Counted from the first letter of the stretch, positions 48,242 to 58,392 are shown. The stretch: DNA of 64,000 bases from Polyangia bacterium (GCA_050287845.1 JBNKCR010000098.1:192001-256000); one strand, 5' to 3'. Program-made: numbers and translations. Notes: a model not told the origin generated them from the letters alone.

Positions 48242-49561
48242 TCATGCGAGTCTCTGGTAGATGTGACCAATATGTTCCGCGGCATTTTCCCACTGGATTT
48301 TCTTGAGCTCCTGGGATCCGCGTGTCACCAGTTCTTTCCTGAGAGGTTCATGTTCGAGAACTGCGAGAATTTTGTCGGCCAATTCGTCAATATCCCAGAA
48401 ATCCACTTTAAGTGCGCTATCCAGTATTTCCGCCACTCCTGATGTCTTGGAGATGATTACAGGAACGTCGTAGCGCATTGCTTCAAGAGGTGAAATGCCA
48501 AAGGGCTCGGAGACACTTGGCATTACATACAGATCGCTCTCCTTATACATCTGCTCCACCTCGGCGCCTTTGAGAAATCCTGTGAAGTGAAATTTTCTTC
48601 CCAATCTCAACTCCGCGATTCTCTCTATCATTTTTGGCGCCATATCCCCACTTCCTGCCATAACAAATCGCACATTATTGTTTCGCGCCAGCACTTTGGC
48701 AGCGGCTTCAACAAAATAGTCAGGACCTTTCTGGAAAGTGATTCGTCCGAGAAACAGAACCACTTTTTCTCGGGCAGCTTTCTGATAGCCGTTTTTACCC
48801 GGATACGCGTCTTTGGTGACAGCGTTGTGAACCACATGTACTTTTTCAGGCGGAACACCATAACGCTGGATGATGACATTCCTCGTCATATGACTTACTG
48901 CAATGATAGCGTCGGCATGATGGAAACCGTGTCTTTCTATGTCGTAAACGGCTTGGTTTACGTTATCGCCACTTCTGTCAAATTCCAGCGCATGAGCGTG
49001 AATAACCAGCGGTTTACCGCTTATACGTTTAGCTTCGATTCCCGCCAGCATGGTCAACCAGTCATGTACGTGAATCACATCGTGTTCAACACGCATGGCA
49101 ATGCTGCCCGAGACCGCTGCATATCGTACAACTTCGGTCATCAGGTTGGGACCATACTCACCTGTCAGTGAGATGTTGTGACTCGTGGCGCGAAAAGCCG
49201 ATGGCATCGTCGTTGCTTCCATTTCAGCAATTCTGCGGAGCTCATCCTGATACTGTTCCTCTGTCAGATAAGGAGATAGAGGCGATGCAATGGTATGAAC
49301 ATCAATATTCTTTGAAATCTGTTCAATTTGCCTGACGACAAACTCCCTGGGACTGAGATTTGATGTGTAGACCGGAAATCTTCCCACGTCGATGAGATTT
49401 ACGTGGCTCCCCTCATTGTTCTCCATTGGTTTGAGCTTGGGGAGCACAAAGGAGATGTTGTGATTGTGAGAAGATAGAGCCTGCGTCAAACCATAACAAG
49501 CCACCCCTAATCCGCCGCTGATATGAGGTGGAAATTCCCAGCCATACATTAAAATTTTCAT
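48242..49561 (-). CDS. Glycosyltransferase family 4 (glycogen-synthase-like)
   Basis: MYGWEFPPHISGGLG, HVHDWLT, GRITFQKG, SEPFGISPLEA. Confidence 0.92.
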   Translation of the reverse strand: MKILMYGWEFPPHISGGLGVACYGLTQALSSHNHNISFVLPKLKPMENNEGSHVNLIDVGRFPVYTSNLSPREFVVRQIEQISKNIDVHTIASPLSPYLTEEQYQDELRRIAEMEATTMPSAFRATSHNISLTGEYGPNLMTEVVRYAAVSGSIAMRVEHDVIHVHDWLTMLAGIEAKRISGKPLVIHAHALEFDRSGDNVNQAVYDIERHGFHHADAIIAVSHMTRNVIIQRYGVPPEKVHVVHNAVTKDAYPGKNGYQKAAREKVVLFLGRITFQKGPDYFVEAAAKVLARNNNVRFVMAGSGDMAPKMIERIAELRLGRKFHFTGFLKGAEVEQMYKESDLYVMPSVSEPFGISPLEAMRYDVPVIISKTSGVAEILDSALKVDFWDIDELADKILAVLEHEPLRKELVTRGSQELKKIQWENAAEHIGHIYQRLA

Positions 49562-49590
49562 CGGTTTCACTCCCTTGCGCGTGAATATGT

Positions 49591-51549
49591 TTATTTTCTG
49601 GCGTTGTCGTAAAGAGTAATCAGCCTCAATAATTCTGCAACGCTCCAGGCCTGACTGGGGCAGCCGCGTCCGACTGAAGGTGATTCTCCATCGAATATTT
49701 CAGAAATTGTTCCGATTCCATCCCGCTGCAGATGGGCACGAAACGCTTCAATTATTTCTTCCACAACCTGTTTTGCCGCCTGCTCGTCATGTTTCAGAAG
49801 AGCTTCCCCGTAGTGCCCGATTAAAAATGGCCACACAGTGCCATTGTGATATGCAGAATCCCGAGCTTCCGGGCCGCCTTCATAAGTGGCGCAGAAACCC
49901 GGGTCCTCCGGTGAGAGCGTTCGCAGTCCCAGCGGAGTATACAAATGCTTTGTGACCGTATCCAACACTCTTCTGGCCCGCTCCCCATCCAGTGGTGAAA
50001 ACGGGAGTGAGAGAGCAAAAATCTGGTTCGGGCGAATACGCGTGTCCTGCTTGTCGCCATCCACCAGGTCCGCAAGGTAGCCCAGTTCCCTAATCCAGAA
50101 TTGTTCGATAAAGGATTGTTTAATTCGTGGCGCCAGCTCTTTTGCATATCTGCATCCCTGAACCTCCCCCATATCCACAAGTTCGCCGAGAAAGCAGACC
50201 ATATTATACCATAGCGCATTGACTTCCACCGGACACCCGTTCCGGGGAGTAACCGGTTTGCCGTTGCTCTGGGCATCCATCCATGTGATCTGACTGTCAA
50301 ATGTGCCCGCGCTGATGAGTCCATCGTCGCGCATATACGTATTATTTTGTGTGCCTTTCTGGTACCAGGTGAAAATTTGCTCCAATGTGTCAAAAATTTT
50401 CCCGCGCAATGCATTAATGTCCCGGGTGATATACAGATACTGTTGCACGGCCCAGGCGAACCATAAACTGGCATCGGCGCTGTTGTAGGCATTATTCGCC
50501 GGGTCAAGCCCGAGGTAATTGGGAACAACGCCTTCCCGTGTATGGGTGGCGAATTCCGCAAGTACGTCAATGTAATCGCGATTTTTTTTGGTATCGTGCA
50601 ACATGAGCCCCGGTAGCGAAATCATGGCATCTCGACCCCACTCCAGAAACCACGGAAATCCTGCCGTAATGGCCAGATGACCGCTCTCCCGGGTAGAAAT
50701 AAACTGATGCGCAGCCCATCTCAGCGGCTTCTGGATGGTTGTCCCACGTAAACGTTTGTAAAACAGGCTGCGGCGTTGAATTTCGTCTGCCGCGGTCTTT
50801 TCCAGATCATCAATTTCTTCAGTGGATGCAGTGACAATAATTTTTTCGCCCTTGGGAAAAGCAATTTCAAACATCCCCGGGCAGAACAGATCCTCACTGG
50901 AGGGAAATCCTCGTCGCAGCTCCTCCAGATATTCAACATGATAATACCAATTTGGTGCCGGAAAGAACTCGAAGTCACCGGTGCACTGAACAAACAATGG
51001 TGGAAGTCCGCCATATGGCTGAATTTTAAATCCGTTTTTGGCTGGCCAGGTACGGACCTGTAATGTCACATTTTCGGCAGTCAGGCCGTGGAAATCCCGG
51101 TAAGCAAGCATCGGGCGAATGACCAGTCTGGAATCATTGGAGTTCCGGGTGCACTCATACTGAGACACGACCGCGTTCTTTCCATCAAGCATCATGACGC
51201 GTTTTGTCAGATTCACCTTAGAAGTCTGAAATTTGAATACCGGCATCTTATCGTGGACAAACCCAATCAGATGTTGATATCCCTCGGGAGCTACCGCTCC
51301 CTGATACTGCGTGGTCGTGAATCCTGTTTCCTCCTCACCGCTCAGAAGCGCTTCATCGTACTTGGAGAGCAGAACATATTTGCCTTCCGGTGACGATAAC
51401 CGGGGCACGAGCATTCCGTGATATTTTCTCGTGTTGCAACCTGAGATGGTACTGGAGGCGTAGCCACCGATTCCGTTGGTTTCCAGCCACTCCCTGGTGG
51501 TGGCCTGCTTGAAGTCCTGGCAGTCTTTTCGCTGAATTTTAATTGACAT
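49591..51549 (-). CDS. Glycogen debranching enzyme (amylo-alpha-1,6-glucosidase, GH133)
   Basis: EWLETNGIGGYAS, AGFPWFLEWGRDAMISLPG, TWMDA, RPNQIFAL, YHNGTVWP, QAWSVAE. Confidence 0.94.
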   Translation of the reverse strand: MSIKIQRKDCQDFKQATTREWLETNGIGGYASSTISGCNTRKYHGMLVPRLSSPEGKYVLLSKYDEALLSGEEETGFTTTQYQGAVAPEGYQHLIGFVHDKMPVFKFQTSKVNLTKRVMMLDGKNAVVSQYECTRNSNDSRLVIRPMLAYRDFHGLTAENVTLQVRTWPAKNGFKIQPYGGLPPLFVQCTGDFEFFPAPNWYYHVEYLEELRRGFPSSEDLFCPGMFEIAFPKGEKIIVTASTEEIDDLEKTAADEIQRRSLFYKRLRGTTIQKPLRWAAHQFISTRESGHLAITAGFPWFLEWGRDAMISLPGLMLHDTKKNRDYIDVLAEFATHTREGVVPNYLGLDPANNAYNSADASLWFAWAVQQYLYITRDINALRGKIFDTLEQIFTWYQKGTQNNTYMRDDGLISAGTFDSQITWMDAQSNGKPVTPRNGCPVEVNALWYNMVCFLGELVDMGEVQGCRYAKELAPRIKQSFIEQFWIRELGYLADLVDGDKQDTRIRPNQIFALSLPFSPLDGERARRVLDTVTKHLYTPLGLRTLSPEDPGFCATYEGGPEARDSAYHNGTVWPFLIGHYGEALLKHDEQAAKQVVEEIIEAFRAHLQRDGIGTISEIFDGESPSVGRGCPSQAWSVAELLRLITLYDNARK

Positions 51550-51831
51550 TGCTCCCTCTCTTAATCACGATTCCATTCCCCAAACGGCTTTGCGGCAGTT
51601 GGAACTATTTCGCATGAAGTCTCCCTTACTCACAGAGCATCATCTGTACCTGACAATTGCACCTGATATTGTAATCACGAATTTTACCTGTTTATGAAGA
51701 GCAAGATATGACATCAATTTTTCATTGTGCAAGTTGAAAAATTAAATGGGAGGTGAATATCGTGAAAAATACTCATTTGTGAGCGAATCTTATTCTGATT
51801 GTGTCGGTAAGTAATGGAATTTGCAGATGGT

Positions 51832-52719
51832 TCAACCCCTGGGATGAACCCGGTGATACTCCCGTTCCGCCAGACCGGTGGATACATGGGTATAGATTTG
51901 TGTGGTACTGATATCCCGGTGTCCCAGCATTGCCTGAACCGATCGCAGGTCCGCACCTCTTTCCAGGAGGTGGGTTGCAAATGAGTGTCTCAGTTTATGG
52001 GGGCTGAGGGATTTCTCTATATCGGCCGACGCAGCGTATTTGCGAATGATCAGCCAGAACCCCTGCCGTGTCATTGGGGCCCGATGATGGGTTAAAAAGA
52101 CAAATTTTTCATCCGGGTTGGCCCATGTTGGACGGATATTTTCCATATATGCGTTAAGCATGGTGATCGCCCACTCTCCGATGGGAATGATCCGACGTCG
52201 GTTCCCCTTGCCGGTAATCGCCAGAAATCCAGCTTCCGTGTCCACATCACTGCGCTTCATGTGGACGAGCTCAGAAACCCGCAGTCCCGCTGCGTACATC
52301 ATGTGCAGCATTGTCGCGTCCCTGAAGCCCCTTGGCGTGGACAAATCTGGTGTCATCAGCAGCCGTTCCACTTCGTCAAAGGTTATTATCACCGGAAGTC
52401 TTTTTCCAAAATTCGGAGATTCGATATGCTCAATGGGGTTGCTGCTCAAGATTTTTTCACTCATGAGGAATCCGAACAGCCCTCTGAGGGCGGAAAGGAT
52501 ACGAGCCTGTGTTCGGGCACTTAATTTTCTTTGCGATATTTCTCCAATGAAGTCCGTCAGGTCCGGCTCAGAAACCGTCGACAGCGACAGTCCAGCCGAA
52601 ATCAGAAAATCACCGAAATATCGCAAATCTCTCGTATATGCATCGATGGTGGCAGGGGCGAGTCCACGCTCCACTTTGAGATGAAGAATGAAATTGTCTA
52701 CCGTGTAATCAAAGGTCAT
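51832..52719 (-). CDS. xerD: Site-specific tyrosine recombinase XerD
   Basis: VERGLAPATIDAYTRDL, RDATMLHMMYAAGLRVSEL, GKGNRRR, SPHKLRHSFATHLLERGADLRSVQAMLGHRDISTTQIYTHV, HPRG. Confidence 0.92.
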   Translation of the reverse strand: MTFDYTVDNFILHLKVERGLAPATIDAYTRDLRYFGDFLISAGLSLSTVSEPDLTDFIGEISQRKLSARTQARILSALRGLFGFLMSEKILSSNPIEHIESPNFGKRLPVIITFDEVERLLMTPDLSTPRGFRDATMLHMMYAAGLRVSELVHMKRSDVDTEAGFLAITGKGNRRRIIPIGEWAITMLNAYMENIRPTWANPDEKFVFLTHHRAPMTRQGFWLIIRKYAASADIEKSLSPHKLRHSFATHLLERGADLRSVQAMLGHRDISTTQIYTHVSTGLAEREYHRVHPRG

Positions 52720-52794
52720 GATTCAATTACATTATCAGAAGCGACGGAAACAATGAAAAAACAGGAGAGAATATCGCGGGAAGAGGATGAACGA

Positions 52795-53082
52795 TCAGTC
52801 GTTCAGGAAACCTTTGATGTCCTTGGCGGCTTTGAAAGTCATGGTTGTAGACGCAGCGATTTTGATGGTATCACCAGTCTGGGGGTTGCGGCCTTCGCGG
52901 GCAGCGCGTTCTTTCCGGGTGAATGTACCAAAAGCGGGTACTGTGAATTTGCCGTCTTCTTTCACTGATTTTTTAATTTCATCAACGATGGCATCGAAAA
53001 TGTCTGCCACTGCTTTTTTGGTGATGTTTTCAGGCGTTTTGGATGACGCAACTACTGCGTCAATGAGTTCTGATTTTGTCAT
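52795..53082 (-). CDS. hup: DNA-binding protein HU
   Basis: MTKSELIDAV...FGTFTRKERAAREGRNPQTGDTIKIAAS; GAGAGG RBS. Confidence 0.95.
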   Translation of the reverse strand: MTKSELIDAVVASSKTPENITKKAVADIFDAIVDEIKKSVKEDGKFTVPAFGTFTRKERAAREGRNPQTGDTIKIAASTTMTFKAAKDIKGFLND

Positions 53083-53228
53083 TTGATTACCTCTCAATAG
53101 TTTTATAAATACCACTGTGTTGGATGTTATAAAGAGTGCTGTTACTTTGGTTCCGATGCGTTTTATGTCAAGCTTCTTTTAAAAAAAAACACGCAGCGGA
53201 AAGGAATCGTTTCCAATTTAATTAAAAA

Positions 53229-53525
53229 AGATAACTATTCAGCGGAAATAGTCAGATACGAGTCAAAATCCGGGAGTTTCCCCTGGAAAAGCAAGTCGAG
53301 AGCGGTGGTTGGTGAGATGTCGTGTTTTCGACATGTAATCAAATCGCTTCTGATTCGACAGAAGAATTTTGCGCCTTCCATGAAGCGAAAGCAGCCAGAT
53401 ACTTTTTGCTGTACTTTTGTCATTCGAAGGTCGAAAATCTGCCGACTCTCATAACCGACTTCTCTGTATTCGCCTTTGGGCAGACGGCGTTTGTCGACTC
53501 TGCAGTCATACCTGAATAGTTATCT
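53229..53525 (-). mobile_element. Internally deleted IS66-family (ISBst12-like) element / MITE
   Basis: Perfect 14-bp terminal inverted repeats AGATAACTATTCAG (53229-53242) / CTGAATAGTTATCT (53512-53525). The interior encodes transposase fragments LPKGEYREVGYESRQIFDL|RMTKVQQKVSGCFR...CRIRS..TCRKH, with the stop inside the IR. Confidence 0.85.
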
Positions 53526-53541
53526 GATAAATAGATTTTCT

Positions 53542-54015
53542 CTATTTTTTCCCTTGCATTCTTAAATTTCTGAAAAATGAACTCAGTATTTCCGAACACT
53601 CCTCGGCCAGGATGCCTCCTTTAACTTCGCACCGATGATTGAGCCGTTCGTCGTCAAGCAGGGTATACAGCGATTGCACGGCGCCGGCTTTGGGATCCAC
53701 TGCGCCGTAAACCACCCTGGGAATTCGCGCGTTCAATATGGCACCGGCGCACATGGGACAAGGCTCCAGTGTAACAAAGAGTGTGGTGTCCTCGAGTCTC
53801 CACAATCCGATGCGGTTAGCTGCATTCGCGATGGCGAGTATTTCCGCGTGGGCGATTGGATCCTGGTCGGCCTCCCTCCGATTGGCACCCGTGCCAATGA
53901 TTTGGCCGTCCTTGTCTATCACCAGCGCACCGACGGGGACTTCTCCTTCGGCTGCGGCCGCTCGCGCCAGATCCAATGCTATTCTCATATACATATCATA
54001 GGCTGCCTGGTCCAT
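53542..54015 (-). CDS. tadA: tRNA adenosine(34) deaminase
   Basis: GEVPVGAL, DPIAHAEI, TLEPCPMCAGA, GAVDPKAGA. Confidence 0.94.
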   Translation of the reverse strand: MDQAAYDMYMRIALDLARAAAAEGEVPVGALVIDKDGQIIGTGANRREADQDPIAHAEILAIANAANRIGLWRLEDTTLFVTLEPCPMCAGAILNARIPRVVYGAVDPKAGAVQSLYTLLDDERLNHRCEVKGGILAEECSEILSSFFRNLRMQGKK

Positions 54016-54017
54016 GG

Positions 54018-55778
54018 TTACCTTTTCCTTCCGGGGAGTCGATTGGGGTTGTGGCCAGCGCGGTACGTTCGGGATAACGTTCGTGTCTCTCTTTGCTGTC
54101 CGCGCCCTGTAAGCAAGTTTTTCTGCCGCTTTCGCTCCCGGGCATCGGGGATATACATGGCGTTACCATGTTCATCCACCCCTGCGGCGTACATTGCCGC
54201 GGCCATGGTGCCCGGAAGTGGAATGAAGTTCTGCACCTGCTGCAATTGTTGATTTCGTTGTCGGAGCCATGCATGAGTATTGTTTGCCGCATCGGGAGTG
54301 CATCCCGGAAAACCGGCGATGAAATATGGAACAAGGTATTGTTCGAGTCCCTTTCTGCGACTGGCTTCAAGAAAGGCCTGTTCGAAAGATTCAAACTGTT
54401 GGATGGCGGGTTTTCGCATATGCCCAAGTACCATGGAATGGGTATGCTCCGGCGCCACTTTCAGATGTCCGCCGGTGAATGATTGGGCGAGCAGAGTGAT
54501 GAATGAGCGACTCGTCAGGGCCAGATCGTGGCGGATACCGCTGGCGATGTACAGATGTTTTATGCCGGGTAGACGACGGGCTTTTTTCAGGAGCTGGGCA
54601 AATCGATCCTGAGGGACATCGAGGTTCGTGCAGATGCGAGGAACCAGACAGGACACCCGTTTGCATTTGCGGCATTTTTCGACGTTCACATATCTCGCGC
54701 CCCAGGTGTTGGCGGTTGGTCCCCCGATATCGGTAATGGTGCCGGGAAAACGCTTGTCTTTGGCGAGACGGGTCAATTCGTCAAGTATTGACGTCTCACT
54801 GCGGCTGATAACTTCCCGGCCCTGGTGGTAGGCAAGGGCACAGAAACTGCAGCCGCCAGGGCATCCCCGCTGGGCAATGACCGACCAGCGAACCGGGAGA
54901 CTGGCCTGAATTTCTTTTTGATTCTGCGTCACGTACAACGGGTGACTGGTTCGCTGAAATGGAAGCGCGTGAATTTTGTCAAGTTGTTCTGAAGTGATTG
55001 GACGCGGCGGAAGACAGATAACAACACCTTCTTCGTATTGCTGAGTAAAACGGGTGGATTTATGAGGCCCCAGTCCTTCTTCCAGTATCCGGGTCTGATG
55101 AACCAGCAGTGACTTGTCGCTCATGATTGCATTGAACGCCGGGAGCGCCACTGACCTGTGTTCATCAGTTCGCCGCAGCACTGCAGTCCCGGGTATGCCA
55201 TCGAGATGTTCTTTTCGGACAAGTTTACCGGCTATCTCCAGAACGGTGGCTTCGCCGCTGCCGAACACCAGAATGTCCGCCCGGGTGTCCACCAGAACAG
55301 ATCGGCGAATGGCTTTTTTCAGGTAGTCATAATAAGCGAACCGTCGGGTGCTGGCTTCAACACCGCCCAGAACAACCGGTACACCGGGAAACGCCGATTT
55401 GACTGCACCGCAGTATACTGCCGTAGCAAAATTGGGACGGCGCTGACTTTTTTCAGAGGCCGCGTATGCATCGGTTTTTCTGGGGGCCAAATCAGCTGTG
55501 TAATTGTTCAATGTGGAATCCACTGCGCCGGCGCTGATTCCCACAAACAGTTTCGGTGTTCCCAATCGTTTCAGCGACTCAATATCCGTCCAGTCAGGAC
55601 GGGCCATGATGGCAACGCGATATCCGTCGGCTTCCAGTACTCTACCGATGACCGCCGTACCATGGGTGGGACTGTCAAAATAGTCGTCTCCTGTAATGAG
55701 AAGCACATCGATTTCATCCCAGTTTCGAAAGCGAAGCTCCTCCCGGGTCATGGGCAAAAACAGAGTGCTGCGGGTCAT
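54018..55778 (-). CDS. ygiQ: YgiQ-family radical SAM protein
   Basis: FLPMTREE, DVLLITGD, GGVEASTRRFAYYDY, RGCPGGCSFCAL, DIGGPTAN, GHLKVAPEH, QYLVPYFI. Confidence 0.9.
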   Translation of the reverse strand: MTRSTLFLPMTREELRFRNWDEIDVLLITGDDYFDSPTHGTAVIGRVLEADGYRVAIMARPDWTDIESLKRLGTPKLFVGISAGAVDSTLNNYTADLAPRKTDAYAASEKSQRRPNFATAVYCGAVKSAFPGVPVVLGGVEASTRRFAYYDYLKKAIRRSVLVDTRADILVFGSGEATVLEIAGKLVRKEHLDGIPGTAVLRRTDEHRSVALPAFNAIMSDKSLLVHQTRILEEGLGPHKSTRFTQQYEEGVVICLPPRPITSEQLDKIHALPFQRTSHPLYVTQNQKEIQASLPVRWSVIAQRGCPGGCSFCALAYHQGREVISRSETSILDELTRLAKDKRFPGTITDIGGPTANTWGARYVNVEKCRKCKRVSCLVPRICTNLDVPQDRFAQLLKKARRLPGIKHLYIASGIRHDLALTSRSFITLLAQSFTGGHLKVAPEHTHSMVLGHMRKPAIQQFESFEQAFLEASRRKGLEQYLVPYFIAGFPGCTPDAANNTHAWLRQRNQQLQQVQNFIPLPGTMAAAMYAAGVDEHGNAMYIPDARERKRQKNLLTGRGQQRETRTLSRTYRAGHNPNRLPGRKR

Positions 55779-56680
55779 TTATTGAAATGTTCCAGAATGG
55801 CGTCGCACAGCTTGGAGCCAATGCTGAATGTCATGTCGTGGCCCTCACCGGGAAATGTTTTCATCGACGCGTTGTGAAACGACTTCAGGGTTTCTTCCGC
55901 GGCCCAGAGCGGCATAATGCTGTCGTCTGCTCCGTGCAACACCAGAACCGGTATATCAATGCGCCTCGTATCCTGTTTTCGGTTTCCCTGATTCACCGGG
56001 ACGCTGAACAGCTGATAATAGTAGGGGTAGGGACGGACGTAAAAAATGTCCTTCTGGGTGAATTTTCCCGGCGCAGGGCCATAGTCGGTGCTCATTGCCC
56101 GGGATTCCACCAGTCCCAGGAGCTTGCCCGGCGAAAGGCGAAGGGCGAATTTGCCCATGCGCGTTCGCTTTTTAATTTCCTTTTCGCTGGAGCTGAGCAT
56201 CACGGTGGAAATCAGTACCAGACCGCGCACATTGTTGGATGGATTCTGCAGCAGGTATTCGATGGCGCCATACGCACCATTCGATACGCCCACCAGCAAT
56301 GAGGGAGAGATGTCAATGGCTCGAACAAAATCGGTGACCACTTTGCCCCAGTCTTCCACCTGACCGGTGTACATCGGACTCGTATCCGGGTATTGCGGGG
56401 CGTACACCCGGTACTTCTCTGCGAGTTTTTCGAAGTTCAGCCAGATGCGATTGTCAAAGATGCCCCCGTGAAGAAGAATCGCCACCGGTGCATCCGGCGA
56501 TGGTCCCTCCAGATACATATAACTGTAGCGATTTCCGGATTCGGCATTCTGAACCGTTTGTTCCTGCCAGGGCGCGATCTCCAGGGCAGGGCGAATGGTG
56601 CGCGTGGCACCGTTGGGAATACAACCGGCCAGTGCGAACACCGTTCCTACGAGCAATGAAGTCTTTTTTAATATAGACAA
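55775..56680 (-). CDS. Alpha/beta hydrolase lipoprotein
   Basis: Lipobox LAGC; LLHGG; GVSNG nucleophile elbow; VLHGADD; GEGH. Confidence 0.88.
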   Translation of the reverse strand: MSILKKTSLLVGTVFALAGCIPNGATRTIRPALEIAPWQEQTVQNAESGNRYSYMYLEGPSPDAPVAILLHGGIFDNRIWLNFEKLAEKYRVYAPQYPDTSPMYTGQVEDWGKVVTDFVRAIDISPSLLVGVSNGAYGAIEYLLQNPSNNVRGLVLISTVMLSSSEKEIKKRTRMGKFALRLSPGKLLGLVESRAMSTDYGPAPGKFTQKDIFYVRPYPYYYQLFSVPVNQGNRKQDTRRIDIPVLVLHGADDSIMPLWAAEETLKSFHNASMKTFPGEGHDMTFSIGSKLCDAILEHFNK

Positions 56681-56704
56681 AACAATCCCCTTTATACTGC
56701 GTGA

Positions 56705-56733
56705 AACGTAACGGTTGGCTACACGCCTGTCAA
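56705..56733 (-). promoter_or_regulatory. sigma70 promoter for the hydrolase-ygiQ-tadA operon
   Basis: TTGACA-17 bp-TACGTT on the minus strand, 25 bp upstream of start 56680. Confidence 0.6.
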
Positions 56734-56833
56734 CTTGGATAAAATTATGAAAAAAAATTACATGACGAACTGTTTTTCAGGCAAATATAAATTATATTAA
56801 ATACGCACGGTTATAGAAGTTTGGAGTGTTCTC

Positions 56834-57898
56834 GTGAATAAAAAATGTGTCGCAGTATTGCCGGACGGAGATGCAGACGCGCATATCAGGCAGCGGACCG
56901 ATGACCTTTTTGAGCTTATCATTGAGCCGGCCATGGAGAAGCTCAACTTCGATGTGACAAGGTCTGACAGCACAAGCCGATTATCTGCCATTTCCCAGGA
57001 TATGGTGGAAATGATCCAGACCTCGGAGTTGTGTATCTTTGATTTGACCGGCAGTGATCCCAGCGTGCTGTATCTGTGTGGACGTCGACATGAAACAGCC
57101 CGGCCTGCGATTCATCTGATTCAGGCCGGCGCCGGCAACCCCCTGGTGCTGACAGGCATATCCGTTGTTCCCTACGATGTGTCCACAGCCAGAGGTGTGC
57201 AACATATCTCTTCGATTATCCAGGATTCTGTCCGGCATTTTGACGACAGGGATTATGCGGCAACGTCCTCGGGGGCCACCCTGGCTTCCCTGGCGCAGTC
57301 CATTGACCGGCTGGAGCGTAAGATTGAACAGTTGGCTGCTCCCCGTGCAGTGCCTGATGTCGCCGACAGTGAGGATTGGGATGCACTTGAATTGCAGTTG
57401 ATGGGGCCCGAAGCGGTTCATAAAATGATCGCCGCAGGTCAACTGGAAGCTGCTGTGACATTCATCCGGAAATCCCGGGAAAAGTTTGGGATGGACAGTT
57501 TTCTGGCACTGGCAGTGTTGCCGGTCATGGCGGGATCGTTCACGGGATTCAATTATCTCAAATCAATTGCCCGGGAAATTATTTTTGATCCGCCACAGGT
57601 CGAAGACGATCACGTGATGCTGATTATCGGCGCATTGGTCCAATACTTCTCGGTGAGAGATGAAGACACCGGCGGACTGCAGGAATTGGGGCATATCTTC
57701 ACGATTGCTACAGATAAATTCAAAAATAACAAACGGCTGATGGCGTTTTTGCACATTCAGCTGTCCAAGCTGCAAATCAACTCCGGGTACGTGCAGGATG
57801 CGCTCAAAAATCTTGAAACGGCCAGTACCCAGTATGGTGACTCTGACGCCGCCAGACACCTGGCCCAGGTAAAAAAAGAAATCGAAAAGCAGGCCTGA
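56834..57898 (+). CDS. Nucleoside 2-deoxyribosyltransferase/TIR-like N-terminal domain protein with helical (TPR-like) C-terminus
   Basis: KKCVAVLP...IIEPAMEKLNFDVTRSD...ISQDMVEMIQTSELCIFDLTGSDPSVLYLCGRRH..RPAIHL follows the CFVIMP..RAD..DLT..NPNVxYELGxRH family pattern. Confidence 0.72.
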   Translation: MNKKCVAVLPDGDADAHIRQRTDDLFELIIEPAMEKLNFDVTRSDSTSRLSAISQDMVEMIQTSELCIFDLTGSDPSVLYLCGRRHETARPAIHLIQAGAGNPLVLTGISVVPYDVSTARGVQHISSIIQDSVRHFDDRDYAATSSGATLASLAQSIDRLERKIEQLAAPRAVPDVADSEDWDALELQLMGPEAVHKMIAAGQLEAAVTFIRKSREKFGMDSFLALAVLPVMAGSFTGFNYLKSIAREIIFDPPQVEDDHVMLIIGALVQYFSVRDEDTGGLQELGHIFTIATDKFKNNKRLMAFLHIQLSKLQINSGYVQDALKNLETASTQYGDSDAARHLAQVKKEIEKQA

Positions 57899-57977
57899 GC
57901 TGAGTCGATTTACTGTTACAAAGCGCTTTCCACCACATTTCCGGAGTCATTTTCCAACTACAAACATGGCTGGCTGG

Positions 57978-58364
57978 TTAATGGCCCCGATGTTTCTGTT
58001 TTTTTCGGTATTGCTTTTTATTAAATCGCTCTTGCTGTGTTTCTTTTCTTTTCTTGGTGTGGTTTTGTTTTTTTTCTTCAAGGTATTTTTTTTGTGCTTC
58101 CCCGAATGCCAGTTGTGCTTTGGTAGTGTTTCTTCTTACATCTCTGAGCAGACGTTTGGGTTTAATTCTGAGCTGTGAATCCGTGCACTCGCGAAATTTC
58201 AACTGAGGATACACCCGAACATAAAAATCGAGCATATCGTTGTAAGAGGGGTCTGGGCCAAACGTAAATCTGGCAATCAGATGAGTACCGTTTTCAGGAA
58301 ACTGTTCCGCCAGGGCGACCCAATACTGCCCATCAAAATAAATTGTTGTAATGCCACTTTCCAT
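57978..58364 (-). CDS. yjdF: YjdF family protein (DUF2992)
   Basis: TIYFDGQYWV, FTFGPDPS, KPKRLLR, TKAQLA, basic tail ending KQKHRGH. Confidence 0.9.
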   Translation of the reverse strand: MESGITTIYFDGQYWVALAEQFPENGTHLIARFTFGPDPSYNDMLDFYVRVYPQLKFRECTDSQLRIKPKRLLRDVRRNTTKAQLAFGEAQKKYLEEKKQNHTKKRKETQQERFNKKQYRKKQKHRGH

Positions 58365-58392
58365 TCTGCACCTCCGGATAAACCTATCCAGG

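Noticed and set aside
51716..51743. AATTTTTCA-N10-TGAAAAATT upstream of the glycogen operon
   Set aside because: AT-rich arms in AT-rich DNA could arise by chance; too weak to call as an operator or terminator.
51832..52719. Tyrosine recombinase as a prophage or island integrase
   Set aside because: Length and motifs match housekeeping XerD; no att repeats, tRNA or phage genes.
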